Virus record (IMG/VR): IMGVR_UViG_3300034071_001887
Span: 1 to 54,654 of that record
Direction: 5' to 3' (one strand)
DNA from: a virus
Taxonomy: Duplodnaviria > Caudoviricetes
Length of the DNA stretch: 54,654 nt
Shown: piece after piece, positions 8,724 through 18,779 of the stretch
Layout of the letters: each line of letters starts with the position of its first letter
How positions within the stretch are numbered: position 1 is the stretch's first letter
The notes under the pieces: generated by a model
Databases searched by the model: none
What the model was told of the DNA's origin: nothing
What the model saw: only the letters and a program-made list of their open reading frames with translations
Program-made: the position numbers and the translations under genes

Positions 8724-10982
8724 ATGGCAAACCAGAAAACAACTGAACTACGTTCACTTACTTCAACAAATGTAGCAAATGGCGACTGGCTTCCTATTGT
8801 AGACGTTAGTGAAATAACTAGTCCTACCGGAGAAACCAAGAAAATTTCTGCGGCAGATTTGGCTGAATATGTGGTTTCTGGCGGGTTCGCTAATTTCACA
8901 ATTCCTCAAAGAGGATTTCAGCTTTCAAATGGTTTATCTTTTGCGTCTGGAACATTGCCGGGAAGTGATACAAATTTATTTTGCTACGGAAAGGCATACG
9001 ATCTGGGGGGAAGTTTTTCTTTATCGGTAAGAGCATTTATATCTTCCGACGAAGTGCTGACAGACACAAGTAATAGAGTATTGTTTGGTGTTGGTTCAAG
9101 TTTGATTGCGATGGCGAATAGCGGAAGCCGAGCATACGTTGGAATAAAGTCTAGTAGTTTGATCGGATATATAAATGATGGTACTACCGAAAAAATAATA
9201 GAATATCCAGATTTTTTAAACTTGTATCCAAACCGTCCTTTTGACGCCACAATAACAAAAGATTCTTCTAACTATTTTAAGTTTTATGTAAATTCTCAAC
9301 TCTGGGGAACTCTTTCATCTGCTCCAAGTTTTATAAGCAGTTCTTATACTACTATGGGATGTGGACAGACCGGCAGTCATTATAACATAAACTGCGTTAT
9401 CTACGAAGCGCACGTTTTTAATACTGCATTGACTGGTAGTAAAATTATTCAAAATTATCATGGCGGCGTAAGAAATAACGACTCTACTCTCGTTTCTTCG
9501 TATACTCCGGACAACTTAAATCCTGGACCATCTCAATGGATTGATTCTATCGGCGACAACCATTTGTTGCTGCCAGTAAGTGGAGCATCGGCAACAAGTC
9601 CAGACACCAATTTTGGTTTGATATTTTTCAGTGACGGAACATCTGGATATTTGGGTAATGGTACACAGCGAGATGTTTTGCCTAAGAATTATGTTCTTAC
9701 TGATTGTTTTGTATATTCTCCCGGTAAACCGTTGTTATCTGTTGGATCTACTTCAGACGTTGCAGTAGAAGCGGACAGTGGAATATATTCATTTAATAAT
9801 AACAGAGTACCTTTAGTAAGTGCATCATATGGTAGAAACGTATTGCCATTATTGGAACTTGGTGTTGCCCACACAGATAGAAGTTTGTATGTATTTTATA
9901 GTGCAAGTGCCGCTCCTTGTACATTTAGTTTTCAAGGATATACTTGCAAATATGGACCTATAAATTTTGTTCCAGCACCTACTTCAACTCCTACACCGAC
10001 TCCATCACCTACTCCTACACCTTCTCCAACTGCAAGTCCTACCCCCACACCAACTCCAACACCTTCTCCTACTTCTAGCCCGACACCAACGCCAACCCCA
10101 AGTAATACTCCTACTCCGACCCCTAGCGGAACTGGAGCTACTCCAACTCCAACTCCCACTCGGACACCAACTCCGTCTCCTACGGCGACGGGTGGCGCAC
10201 CTTCTCCGTCGAGTACACCAGGACCAACGGCTACTCCAACGCCAACACCAACAACGCCTCCAGTATCTCCGTCCGTGGATGTTAATATCAATCTATATCC
10301 AACATATATGGATTCAGATTCTTCCGCATATGCACAGTCGGAGACTTTTGTTTCTCACGCTATACAAATGAGAACGGCTACAACTGAGGGTGGATTGAGC
10401 AGTGCCGGATATGTTACAGTGGGATCTCGCAGTGCTCCTCCGAGCAATGTTGGCGGAAATAGTGATTATTTATTGCTTACAAACGTTATTCCTACAGGGA
10501 ATCCTGCTCCATATTGGGTTGAAGCCAGAGGTGTATTGGTGACCAGTGGAGGAACTTATTATAGTTCAACCACCGACGTAGTATATTTCAATCCATCAGG
10601 AGCAACGGCGACGCCAAATCCATCATCGACTGCGACACCTACACCGACAGCTACGCCTACAGCTACGCCAACACCGACACCTACGTCTACAGCTACGCCA
10701 ACACCTACAGCTACAGATCCAGTACCAACGCCTACAGCTACAGATCCAGTACCAACGCCTACAGCTACAGATCCAGTACCAACACCTACATCTACGGAAC
10801 CAGAACCAACACCTACAGACCCTCCGCCAACGCCTACTGACTGCCCACCGGAGGGTACCATTGTTAGCATAAGCTCGTGTGATGGATGCTTGCAAGATAT
10901 AACTTATGCCGATGGAGAGTGCGGTACATACATAGATCCAGCACAATGCATTCCGGGTAACTGCTGCCCAGTATGTCCATAA
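8724..10982 (+). CDS. fibre/decoration-like protein: LamG-like domain, long Pro/Thr repeats, Cys-rich C-terminus
   Basis: N-terminal [18 protein letters not shown] fibre-type motif; [15 protein letters not shown] LamG-like; two PT tracts; terminal CDGC..C..C..CCPVCP. Confidence 0.8.
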   Translation: MANQKTTELRSLTSTNVANGDWLPIVDVSEITSPTGETKKISAADLAEYVVSGGFANFTIPQRGFQLSNGLSFASGTLPGSDTNLFCYGKAYDLGGSFSLSVRAFISSDEVLTDTSNRVLFGVGSSLIAMANSGSRAYVGIKSSSLIGYINDGTTEKIIEYPDFLNLYPNRPFDATITKDSSNYFKFYVNSQLWGTLSSAPSFISSSYTTMGCGQTGSHYNINCVIYEAHVFNTALTGSKIIQNYHGGVRNNDSTLVSSYTPDNLNPGPSQWIDSIGDNHLLLPVSGASATSPDTNFGLIFFSDGTSGYLGNGTQRDVLPKNYVLTDCFVYSPGKPLLSVGSTSDVAVEADSGIYSFNNNRVPLVSASYGRNVLPLLELGVAHTDRSLYVFYSASAAPCTFSFQGYTCKYGPINFVPAPTSTPTPTPSPTPTPSPTASPTPTPTPTPSPTSSPTPTPTPSNTPTPTPSGTGATPTPTPTRTPTPSPTATGGAPSPSSTPGPTATPTPTPTTPPVSPSVDVNINLYPTYMDSDSSAYAQSETFVSHAIQMRTATTEGGLSSAGYVTVGSRSAPPSNVGGNSDYLLLTNVIPTGNPAPYWVEARGVLVTSGGTYYSSTTDVVYFNPSGATATPNPSSTATPTPTATPTATPTPTPTSTATPTPTATDPVPTPTATDPVPTPTATDPVPTPTSTEPEPTPTDPPPTPTDCPPEGTIVSISSCDGCLQDITYADGECGTYIDPAQCIPGNCCPVCP
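10704..10784 (+). repeat. 27-nt tandem repeat x3 (PTATDPVPT)
   Basis: cctacagctacagatccagtaccaac(g/a) repeated three times, in frame. Confidence 0.9.
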
Positions 10983-10992
10983 CAATTAAAAT

Positions 10993-11403
10993 ATGAGACG
11001 CAGTATTCCACCACGAGGAAACCCAGAAAAATCCGTATTTGGATTAATAGGATCATTATTTAGTTCCGACGATGCCAAGGTATATATAAAAAGAAGAGAA
11101 GACAGTAGAAATATAGGGTGGGGGAGAATAGACGATTCTACTAACGTCGTCGATGACAATTCTACACCTGCCCCTACGCCTACGCCTACTCCTACACCGA
11201 CGCAGAGTTCTACACCAGGAGCAACACCAACACCAACACCGACGCAGAGTTCTACACCAGAGGCAACACCAACACCAACACCGACGCAGAGTTCTACACC
11301 AGAGGCAACCGCAACACCGACACCAACGCCGACGCAAACTAGCGTTCCTCCAACATCCACTCCAACCAGTTCTCCAACACCAACTCCGGAATTTTCTATA
11401 TAA
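10993..11403 (+). CDS. small Pro/Thr-repeat (mucin-like) protein
   Basis: N-terminal [21 protein letters not shown] module followed almost only by PT/STP repeats. Confidence 0.85.
   Translation: MRRSIPPRGNPEKSVFGLIGSLFSSDDAKVYIKRREDSRNIGWGRIDDSTNVVDDNSTPAPTPTPTPTPTQSSTPGATPTPTPTQSSTPEATPTPTPTQSSTPEATATPTPTPTQTSVPPTSTPTSSPTPTPEFSI
11194..11319 (+). repeat. 42-nt tandem repeat x3 ([14 protein letters not shown])
   Basis: acaccgacgcagagttctacacca at 11194, 11236, 11278. Confidence 0.9.
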
Positions 11404-11406
11404 TGT

Positions 11407-12642
11407 ATGCACGAGAAAATTTCAATAAATCAATCTCCTGAAAAAAAGGTATTTGGATTAATAGGTTCTAATGCATCGACCGATACTGGAAAATTTTATA
11501 TTAAAAAATCCGACGATAGCAGGAATATTGGTTGGGAAGAAATCATACAGCTTCCAACTTCTACACCAACGGTGACACCGACTCAAACCAAAACTCCGTA
11601 TCCAACTAGAACTCCCAGAACATCGGCAACTCCAACTCCTACTCCATCCACGACTCCTACACAAACTCCGACTTTTTCCGGACCTACTCCGACCCCAGTC
11701 ACCAGCATACAATACACAATAACATCAACTACCGGAGGTTTTGCGGCTAGAACAGACGGTCCTACTCCCACGGGAACAATTTCTGTTGGCACGGGAGTAA
11801 TGAACATTATTGCATCAATATCTCCGGGATATTATTTTGCGGGATGGAGTGTTAATAGTGCCGGTGTCGGCTTTGGAAACATATATTCTACAGAAACTAC
11901 GGCGTTTGGATTTAATACAAATCAGAATGTTATAATTACTGCAAATTTTTTGCCTGGTACTCTTCCAACATATTGGATAAATGGAGTACTTGGTGCCAGA
12001 GGAGTCATAAGCTTTAATTATATTGATGCATATGGAATAGAGAATAATTATGCCGAATTGCTTGGTTCACCCGGAGAAACAGTTGCGTATCTAGTTTGTG
12101 GAAATAGAATAACCGCAAACCTTCTTGGAACAGCATACATAACTAGTACCCCATGCGATCTTCCAACACAAACTCCTCCACCGACTGGTATTCTGCCACC
12201 AACTTCTACGCCAATACCTGCTACGCCAACGCCCACTCCAACTCCAACTCAAATTCCTCCCACAGCAACTCCAGGACCAACTCCTACTCCCAGCACAATT
12301 CCACCTACTCCAACTCCGAGTGGAACCGGTCCAACTCCAGAACCTACGACTTCTCCAACTGCTACCCCGATAGAGCCAACTCCTACTCAAACTCCAACTC
12401 CATCTCCTATACCTCCGACACCTACAGAGCCACCGCCCACACCAAGTCCAACGCCCGAACCAACACAAGTATGCTCCTTATATCAAGCAAATTCTAACCT
12501 TGGGTCGGTGACGGTGTGGTGTTGTTCTGGCGTTGCCACCGTCGTTGTTAATTCGGGAGATATATATTGTCTCAATGGCTCCGGTAATATATCTGGCTGG
12601 ACTTTGATTTCTACCGGCTGCTCCGGTTGCTTCCTCAATTAA
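11407..12642 (+). CDS. Pro/Thr-repeat protein with InlB-B-repeat-like central domain and Cys-rich tip
   Basis: Same N-terminal module as 10993; [14 protein letters not shown] segment; PT tracts; Cys-rich end. Confidence 0.85.
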   Translation: MHEKISINQSPEKKVFGLIGSNASTDTGKFYIKKSDDSRNIGWEEIIQLPTSTPTVTPTQTKTPYPTRTPRTSATPTPTPSTTPTQTPTFSGPTPTPVTSIQYTITSTTGGFAARTDGPTPTGTISVGTGVMNIIASISPGYYFAGWSVNSAGVGFGNIYSTETTAFGFNTNQNVIITANFLPGTLPTYWINGVLGARGVISFNYIDAYGIENNYAELLGSPGETVAYLVCGNRITANLLGTAYITSTPCDLPTQTPPPTGILPPTSTPIPATPTPTPTPTQIPPTATPGPTPTPSTIPPTPTPSGTGPTPEPTTSPTATPIEPTPTQTPTPSPIPPTPTEPPPTPSPTPEPTQVCSLYQANSNLGSVTVWCCSGVATVVVNSGDIYCLNGSGNISGWTLISTGCSGCFLN

Positions 12643-12713
12643 AATAATTTAGTTTTATTAAATTATTTATTATAACTTGTATATATACAAGAATATAGTA
12701 AATTAAATGTTAT

Positions 12714-14018
12714 ATGAGTTCTAATGGAAAAATCTTTATACAAATTGCCGCGTATCGCGATCCTCAACTAGTTCCTACAATAAAGGACTGCATAGCAAAC
12801 GCAAAGCATCCGGAAAATCTTGTGTTTTGTATTGCTTGGCAACATTCGCCGGAAGAAAAAATTGATGAAATAAAAGACCTTCCCAATGTAAAAATTATTG
12901 ATATTCCATACATGGAAAGTAAAGGTGCGTGCTGGGCACGCAATCAAATACAGCAGAGATATGAAGACGAAGAATATACATTGCAGTTAGATTCGCATCA
13001 TCGGTTTGTTAAAGATTGGGACGAAGTAATAATTGGAATGTATAAGCAGCTTCAAAAAATGGGACACAAGAAGCCACTGCTTACCGGATATATTCCTTCG
13101 TTTGATCCAGATAAAGACCCAGAAGCAAGAGTACAAACTCCGTGGAGAATGGATTTTGATAGATTTATTCCGGAAGGTGCGGTATTCTTTTTGCCAGCAG
13201 CAATGGACAATTGGAAAGAATTGTCTGCTCCAGTTCCCGCAAGGTTTTATTCTGCACATTTTGCGTTTACAACCGGAAAGTTTTGCAAAGAAGTTCCACA
13301 CGATCCCGAATATTATTTTCACGGCGAAGAAATCAGTATAGCCGTGCGTGCGTTTACTTGGGGGTATGATTTATTTCATCCACATAGATTAGTTGCTTGG
13401 CACGAATATACTCGCAAAGGAAGAACTAAGCATTGGGATGACCACGGCGGTGGTAGTAAAGAAAAAATTCCAGACAAAAAGGATTGGGGAGAAAGAAATT
13501 CTCTATGCCATCGTAGAAATCGTATACTTTTCTCGATGGACGGTGAAAAACACGAAACCATAAAATGGGGAAAATATGGATTTGGAAAAGTAAGAACCTT
13601 GAAAGATTACGAGAAATACGCAGGATTGCATTTCGGAAAGCGTGCAGTTCAACAAGAAACAATAGACAAAACATATCCGCCAAACAAATACCACAAATAT
13701 AAAACAGAAAAAGAATGGGAAGATTCATTCTTGCAGATATTCAAACATTGTATAGATCTTCAAACAAATAGTTTTAAACTAAACGATTATGATTTTTGGT
13801 GTGTTGCTTTTGAGCGAGAAGACAATGGTCAGTTGTACAGACAAGATGCCGATTTGGCTGAGGTTGAACGATTGTTAAAACAAGCCAAAGATCCAAACGG
13901 AGACAAATACATAAAATTGTGGAGAACATTCAACACTTCCGAAAAACCACACCATTGGGTAGTATGGCCGCACAGTAAGTCAAAAGGATGGTGCGATAAA
14001 ATAACTGGAAAATTATAA
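12714..14018 (+). CDS. GT60-like polypeptide/hydroxyproline alpha-N-acetylglucosaminyltransferase (GlcNAc family)
   Basis: IFIQIAAYRDP, SKGACWAR, QLDSHHRF..WD (DxH), FSAHFAF-like FYSAHFAF, DP..YFHGEE, GYDLFHP..WH motifs characteristic of Gnt1/GT60. Confidence 0.88.
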   Translation: MSSNGKIFIQIAAYRDPQLVPTIKDCIANAKHPENLVFCIAWQHSPEEKIDEIKDLPNVKIIDIPYMESKGACWARNQIQQRYEDEEYTLQLDSHHRFVKDWDEVIIGMYKQLQKMGHKKPLLTGYIPSFDPDKDPEARVQTPWRMDFDRFIPEGAVFFLPAAMDNWKELSAPVPARFYSAHFAFTTGKFCKEVPHDPEYYFHGEEISIAVRAFTWGYDLFHPHRLVAWHEYTRKGRTKHWDDHGGGSKEKIPDKKDWGERNSLCHRRNRILFSMDGEKHETIKWGKYGFGKVRTLKDYEKYAGLHFGKRAVQQETIDKTYPPNKYHKYKTEKEWEDSFLQIFKHCIDLQTNSFKLNDYDFWCVAFEREDNGQLYRQDADLAEVERLLKQAKDPNGDKYIKLWRTFNTSEKPHHWVVWPHSKSKGWCDKITGKL

Positions 14019-14021
14019 TTT

Positions 14022-14645
14022 ATGGATTTTAATATACTGGTAAATAATGGATATAAATTTGATTCCATACTGGACGTAGGTGCTCACGCCGGTACATTTA
14101 CATTTGGATGTAAGAAATTTTATCCAAATGCATACTACTATATGATCGATGGAAATCCTATTACAGAGCAATATGTATCAAAGTCTGGAATAGATTATAA
14201 AATTGCATATCTGAGCGACACCGTGAAAGAAACCGTAGTTTACAAGACGAAACACAATTCTTTTAATACCGGTGATTCTTTATACAGAGAAAATACTAGA
14301 TATTATAACGACGAGTCGGTAATAAAACAAAATATAAAAACAACCACCTTGGATGAAATTTTTAAAAATGAAAAAACTTTCAATTTTATAAAAATAGATA
14401 GCCAAGGCTCAGAGATGGATATTATAAATGGAGGATTGGAAATGTGCAAGCGGGCCGATGTTTTTTTGTTGGAAGCATCTGTTTATCCATACAATACCGG
14501 TGCGCCCATGCTCAATATGCTACAACCATTTATGGCTGAACTAGGTTTTCCGTTTACAAAAATCGTGTCAGACATTCATCATCCGGACCATAGAGAAATA
14601 CTTATACAACACGATATATTGTTTTCTAAACGGAGTATTATATGA
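14022..14645 (+). CDS. FkbM-family SAM-dependent methyltransferase
   Basis: ILDVGAHAG, TTLD and IKIDSQGSE motifs. Confidence 0.9.
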   Translation: MDFNILVNNGYKFDSILDVGAHAGTFTFGCKKFYPNAYYYMIDGNPITEQYVSKSGIDYKIAYLSDTVKETVVYKTKHNSFNTGDSLYRENTRYYNDESVIKQNIKTTTLDEIFKNEKTFNFIKIDSQGSEMDIINGGLEMCKRADVFLLEASVYPYNTGAPMLNMLQPFMAELGFPFTKIVSDIHHPDHREILIQHDILFSKRSII

Positions 14646-15217
14646 AAATGGTTGTAGTTATTTGTCATTTTCAAGAAAGCTTGGAATGGATTTCCAAACT
14701 ATCGCATCCTTTTGTGATATATAATAAAAATCCAAAAAATTCGCACAAATACAATAACAATCTTCCGAATTTTGGCTACGATGCAATAGCATATCTAAGA
14801 TATATAATTGACAATTATGACAATTTGCCCGATTATGTTTGTTTTTCTCAAGACAACCCGTTTGTGCATTGTCCCCCATTCTTAGAAAAAGTTAATAATT
14901 TTAAATTTGATGTAGATTTTTTACCTCTTGGAGTAACTTATATAAGAGACAACGATAATATGATAAACAGTGCAAAAAAATATGCAACCGACAATAATAT
15001 ACCAGTCACGCCACCTATTAAATTTAGTAGCGGGATGCAATATATAATCTCAAAAAAACTAATATTAAAAAATGACACAAAATTTTATAAAAATCTAATG
15101 TCAACACTTCCTACAAATTCGGTTAAAACTGAAACAAATTATAATTTAGAATATCTGTGGGCTTCTGTTTTTCATTTTAATGATAACTTGAAGGTTGCTA
15201 GAAATGGATGTGCTTAA
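14642..15217 (+). CDS. DUF3431-like putative glycosyltransferase
   Basis: VVICHFQESLEW..IYNK..LPNFG..YLRYIIDNYDNLPD..FSQDNPFVH. Confidence 0.8.
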   Translation: MKMVVVICHFQESLEWISKLSHPFVIYNKNPKNSHKYNNNLPNFGYDAIAYLRYIIDNYDNLPDYVCFSQDNPFVHCPPFLEKVNNFKFDVDFLPLGVTYIRDNDNMINSAKKYATDNNIPVTPPIKFSSGMQYIISKKLILKNDTKFYKNLMSTLPTNSVKTETNYNLEYLWASVFHFNDNLKVARNGCA

Positions 15218-16027
15218 ATGAATACCGCATTACTAGGATTATCCAATAATATATCTGCCAATATTAGTAAGATTGAATTGTGGAGCAAAAGTTTCAAAAA
15301 ACATTGCAATGGAAAAGTGATACTACTTTGTGCCAATTCTTCTGACGAGGAATTAAAGCAGTGCGAAGGTATGGGAATCATACCCATACCGGTGTCGGTA
15401 AAAGACACATGGTATATAAATCACGAAAGACTGAAACATAATTATGAATTTTTAGAAAAAGCGGACGCCGAGTTGATTTTGGTTACAGATGTATTTGACG
15501 TAATATTTCAAGGCAATCCGTTTGAAAAAATGGATTCATCAAATTATGATATATTTGTTAGTGGCGAAGGCGTGCGTGTAGAACAAGAGCCGTGGAATTC
15601 AAATAATATAAACAGCATTTTTCCGGAACATTTTAACAAATGCAAACCGATAGAAATCATAAACTCTGGGATTATTGCCGGTAAAAGAGATGCTTTGATT
15701 AAATTATTCAAACGCATGTATGAACTGTGTGAAGCTGGTTCAAACAACCACAACATTAAAGATCAAGCAGCGTTGATAGTCATGGTTGCAAACAATCAAG
15801 TAGAAAAAATAAAAATATTTAATCTGGATGATGGATGGGCAATGCACTGTGCCGTCGCCGGTCCTACGCAATTTTTTGAGCGTTGGGGATTTAAGCACAA
15901 CATAAAATACGGAATACCGTACATACAGAATGGGTGGGTATTCACAAAAAGTGGAAATAAATATGATATGGTTCACCAATTTAATCGGATTCCAGCTTGG
16001 TACGAAGCAATAAAAAATAATATATGA
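15218..16027 (+). CDS. GT-A fold glycosyltransferase
   Basis: VTDVFDVIFQGNPF, INSGIIAG, DQAAL, VHQFNR motifs. Confidence 0.75.
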   Translation: MNTALLGLSNNISANISKIELWSKSFKKHCNGKVILLCANSSDEELKQCEGMGIIPIPVSVKDTWYINHERLKHNYEFLEKADAELILVTDVFDVIFQGNPFEKMDSSNYDIFVSGEGVRVEQEPWNSNNINSIFPEHFNKCKPIEIINSGIIAGKRDALIKLFKRMYELCEAGSNNHNIKDQAALIVMVANNQVEKIKIFNLDDGWAMHCAVAGPTQFFERWGFKHNIKYGIPYIQNGWVFTKSGNKYDMVHQFNRIPAWYEAIKNNI

Positions 16028-16806
16028 ATAATACAGCAGTAGTAATGTGTACATATCACAAAACGTTTTCTGGAGATTGGTATAATAACATTATAAAGCT
16101 CAAAGAACAGAACTTTCCTATATTTGAATTGTTATTTGACAATCAGTTGAACATGGCAAGGGAGGAAATTTCTTCTAAGTACCAAAATACACCAGTGTGT
16201 GTATTTAACGACGAGTTTTTTATAAAAAATAATTTTAATCGTCCTATAAGCACCAGACATAGATGGGGAAATCACCAGAACCCGAAATATTTCTATGCAC
16301 ATTTTAGAATGTTATGTTATTATATACAAAATCCAAATTACAAATACTATTGGTTTTTTGATGACGACGTTAGTTTTGAAGGAAACTTCAAAGAACTATT
16401 GAATGATTATGAACCATGCGCAGATGATTTTATAGCAATCCAAGTTTTTAAAAAAGAAAACTATGAAAATTTTCCTAATATAAGTGTTATAAATAGACGT
16501 ATGGGATCTGGTGGTAGTTGGTTAGGATTTGCGCCGGGACCGGGAGATAATTACAAGTCCTGCGAAAAGCATATGGGTAGTTTTTTTCCAATAGTTAGAT
16601 TTTCTAATAAAGCCATGCAACATTTACTAGATTTAAATACGCAAGGATTTTATGGATATTCGGAGGGGTTTGTTCCTACTTCTTTGGCAAGTGATGGGTT
16701 CTCCGTCGCCAGTATGTTAGACGAGCATGATAAATATTTTATAAACACAACAACGGAGTGTGTATTAACACATAAACACGCAGCATTTAATTGGTCATGG
16801 ATATAA
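16024..16806 (+). CDS. putative GT-A glycosyltransferase
   Basis: YKYYWFFDDDVSF DxD motif; FFPIVRFS..A; SEGFVPT; overlaps neighbours in the glyco cluster. Confidence 0.65.
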   Translation: MNNTAVVMCTYHKTFSGDWYNNIIKLKEQNFPIFELLFDNQLNMAREEISSKYQNTPVCVFNDEFFIKNNFNRPISTRHRWGNHQNPKYFYAHFRMLCYYIQNPNYKYYWFFDDDVSFEGNFKELLNDYEPCADDFIAIQVFKKENYENFPNISVINRRMGSGGSWLGFAPGPGDNYKSCEKHMGSFFPIVRFSNKAMQHLLDLNTQGFYGYSEGFVPTSLASDGFSVASMLDEHDKYFINTTTECVLTHKHAAFNWSWI

Positions 16807-17903
16807 CATTTTGTACATTTTATTTTGATATAGATAGAAAAAACTGGAAGCATTTTACGGTTTCCAACGAGATGTACATGTGTTGGTTCGACAATCTATT
16901 GTCGTTGGATATAAACTTGTTCATTGTTACAGAAAAAAAATTTATAAACAGGATTTTGGAATCGCGAAAGAAAATAGACCCGCAATTAAAAAAAACTATA
17001 ATTAATGAAACTACTATAGAAGCCCTGACAGGATATAAGCTATATAATAAAAAACTAGAACAGTTGATGTATTCAAACGATTTTAAGAGTATAATACACC
17101 ACCGAGATGTGCCAGAAATGTGCAAACCTTTGTATAATGTATTAATGTTTAATAAAGTTCATTATCTAGAGGAAGTGTTAAAAATTAATCCTTTTAATAC
17201 GGAATATTTTAGTTGGGTTGACGCGGGATTTATCAGAAGTTCTTCGGAAGTTGAAAACATTGAACAATGGCCAGATCCTTCAAAACTATTATTAAAAAAA
17301 GATAAGATAAAGTTTTTCTGTATTAATCCTAATGTATTCTCCGATTTAAAAAAGGACGTAAACAGTGCGAAATACCATTTACTTTCTCAGATGAGATTTT
17401 TAAAAGGAACTATATTTTTTCTACACAAAGACTTGATTTCTCCGCTGAAAGATAAATTTGATTTTTATGTGAACGATAGTATAAGCAAAGGATTTATCGG
17501 AAGCGACGAAAAAATATTTGATTTATGCTGTGCTAATAATCCTGATATGTTTGATTTATATCAATGCAATTGGCGGGAAGAACTTAAATTATTTTCTCGC
17601 AATTACACTAAACCAAGTATACTAGAATATACCGTGTCAATCGAGTGGAAAGAAAGTGATATAGAAAAATCAAACGACTATCAATTTTGGTTCTTCTGCA
17701 TAGAAGATGGAAACGGTAAATCTATTATGAGAGAAGATTTTCAAATATCTTCCGAAGAGGATTATCAAAAATATAAAAATTATAAAAATACATACAAAGT
17801 AATTTCTGATCGTAAGCCCGAGAATTTCGTGATATGGCCGGTTTCAAAATCAAAAGGATACCTAAGATACGTAAGGCATCCAGTCAAACATATTATAAAT
17901 TGA
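16797..17903 (+). CDS. HtrL/YibB (WlaTC)-family glycosyltransferase with extra C-terminal domain
   Basis: TFYFDIDR, YNVLMFNK, NPFNTEYFSWVDAG, GSDE motifs. Confidence 0.8.
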   Translation: MDITFCTFYFDIDRKNWKHFTVSNEMYMCWFDNLLSLDINLFIVTEKKFINRILESRKKIDPQLKKTIINETTIEALTGYKLYNKKLEQLMYSNDFKSIIHHRDVPEMCKPLYNVLMFNKVHYLEEVLKINPFNTEYFSWVDAGFIRSSSEVENIEQWPDPSKLLLKKDKIKFFCINPNVFSDLKKDVNSAKYHLLSQMRFLKGTIFFLHKDLISPLKDKFDFYVNDSISKGFIGSDEKIFDLCCANNPDMFDLYQCNWREELKLFSRNYTKPSILEYTVSIEWKESDIEKSNDYQFWFFCIEDGNGKSIMREDFQISSEEDYQKYKNYKNTYKVISDRKPENFVIWPVSKSKGYLRYVRHPVKHIIN

Positions 17904-17927
17904 CGAATAGACAATAGATGCTATGTT
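17900..17927 (+). promoter_or_regulatory. sigma70-type promoter (TTGACG-16nt-TATGTT, extended -10)
   Basis: Direct match upstream of the HD gene. Confidence 0.6.
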
Positions 17928-17942
17928 GTATTCATATCATTT

Positions 17943-18617
17943 ATGAATAAAACACTACATACAGGTTCAGATTTGACAGAAAATCAAGTTCAGGAAAATT
18001 ACGAATACTTTCTTGAATTTTTGAAGGAAAAGTTTAGTGGAGACAGGCTTGAAAAATTGCTGAATATGTACTCCGAGAAAAATCTTGGATTGCAACTAGC
18101 AACCGCACCGGCGTCTGGAAAAAAGAATTACCATAACGCTTATATTGGAGGATATATTCATCACGTACTTGATGTAGAACGTGCTAGTCGTGGAGTACAA
18201 AAGCTGTATGAAACTCTTGGCGGCGAGATTGATTATACAGAAGAAGAGCGTATTATGGCGGCACTGCATCACGATTTAGGAAAACTTGGAGATGAAACTG
18301 GGCCATATTATATTCCCAATACCGACGAATGGTCTATGAACAAGCAAGGACTGCTTTTTAAGAATAACACAAAAAATCAGTTCTGGCGAGTTACGGATAG
18401 AGCATTATACAATCTACAGCGGTTTGGTATTGTGCTTACTTGGAAAGAAACATTGGCGATCAAATTGTCTGATGGAATGTATGATGAAGCCGCTGAATTT
18501 TATCTAAAGACTTATGACCCAGAAAAGGGTCTAAAGAATAATCTTGCTCGTCTTATTCACGTTGCAGACTATATGGCCTGCAACGCTGAACACGACGTTG
18601 CGAAGCGAGAAAGTTGA
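17943..18617 (+). CDS. HD-domain phosphohydrolase (YhaM-like)
   Basis: APAS..YHNAYIGGYIHH, LHHDLGK, IHVAD motifs. Confidence 0.88.
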   Translation: MNKTLHTGSDLTENQVQENYEYFLEFLKEKFSGDRLEKLLNMYSEKNLGLQLATAPASGKKNYHNAYIGGYIHHVLDVERASRGVQKLYETLGGEIDYTEEERIMAALHHDLGKLGDETGPYYIPNTDEWSMNKQGLLFKNNTKNQFWRVTDRALYNLQRFGIVLTWKETLAIKLSDGMYDEAAEFYLKTYDPEKGLKNNLARLIHVADYMACNAEHDVAKRES

Positions 18618-18647
18618 GACACCTAGTCTCAAGCGTGTGACAAAACG

Positions 18648-18672
18648 GAGCACCAGTTTGGTGCTCTTTTTT
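18648..18672 (+). terminator. intrinsic terminator
   Basis: GAGCACCA-gtt-TGGTGCTC followed by TTTTTT. Confidence 0.85.
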
Positions 18673-18705
18673 GTGTCTTCACAGGTAAACAGTGTGACAG
18701 ACCAG

Positions 18706-18722
18706 TTGGCACGCAGTTTGCA
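18706..18722 (+). promoter_or_regulatory. sigma54 (-24/-12) promoter
   Basis: TTGGCACG-cagt-TTGCA matches the TGGCACG-N4-TTGCW consensus, about 60 nt upstream of hsp20. Confidence 0.75.
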
Positions 18723-18779
18723 TATATATGTGCCATCGGTGCCCATAATGGGGTCGATATAAACAAAGGATACAAACAT

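Noticed and set aside
10704-11319. Tandem repeats as a possible CRISPR array
   Set aside because: No unique spacers, unit lengths are multiples of 3 and in frame, no cas genes
9932-12468. Minus-strand and alternate-frame ORFs rich in VGVG, CRC/WC or HQ/LL
   Set aside because: Shadows of the Pro/Thr repeat codons; no independent start signals
12714-17903. DNA hypermodification cluster
   Set aside because: No hydroxymethylase, thymidylate-synthase-like, kinase or T4-type DNA glucosyltransferase motifs seen; families point to protein or surface glycans (not fully excluded)
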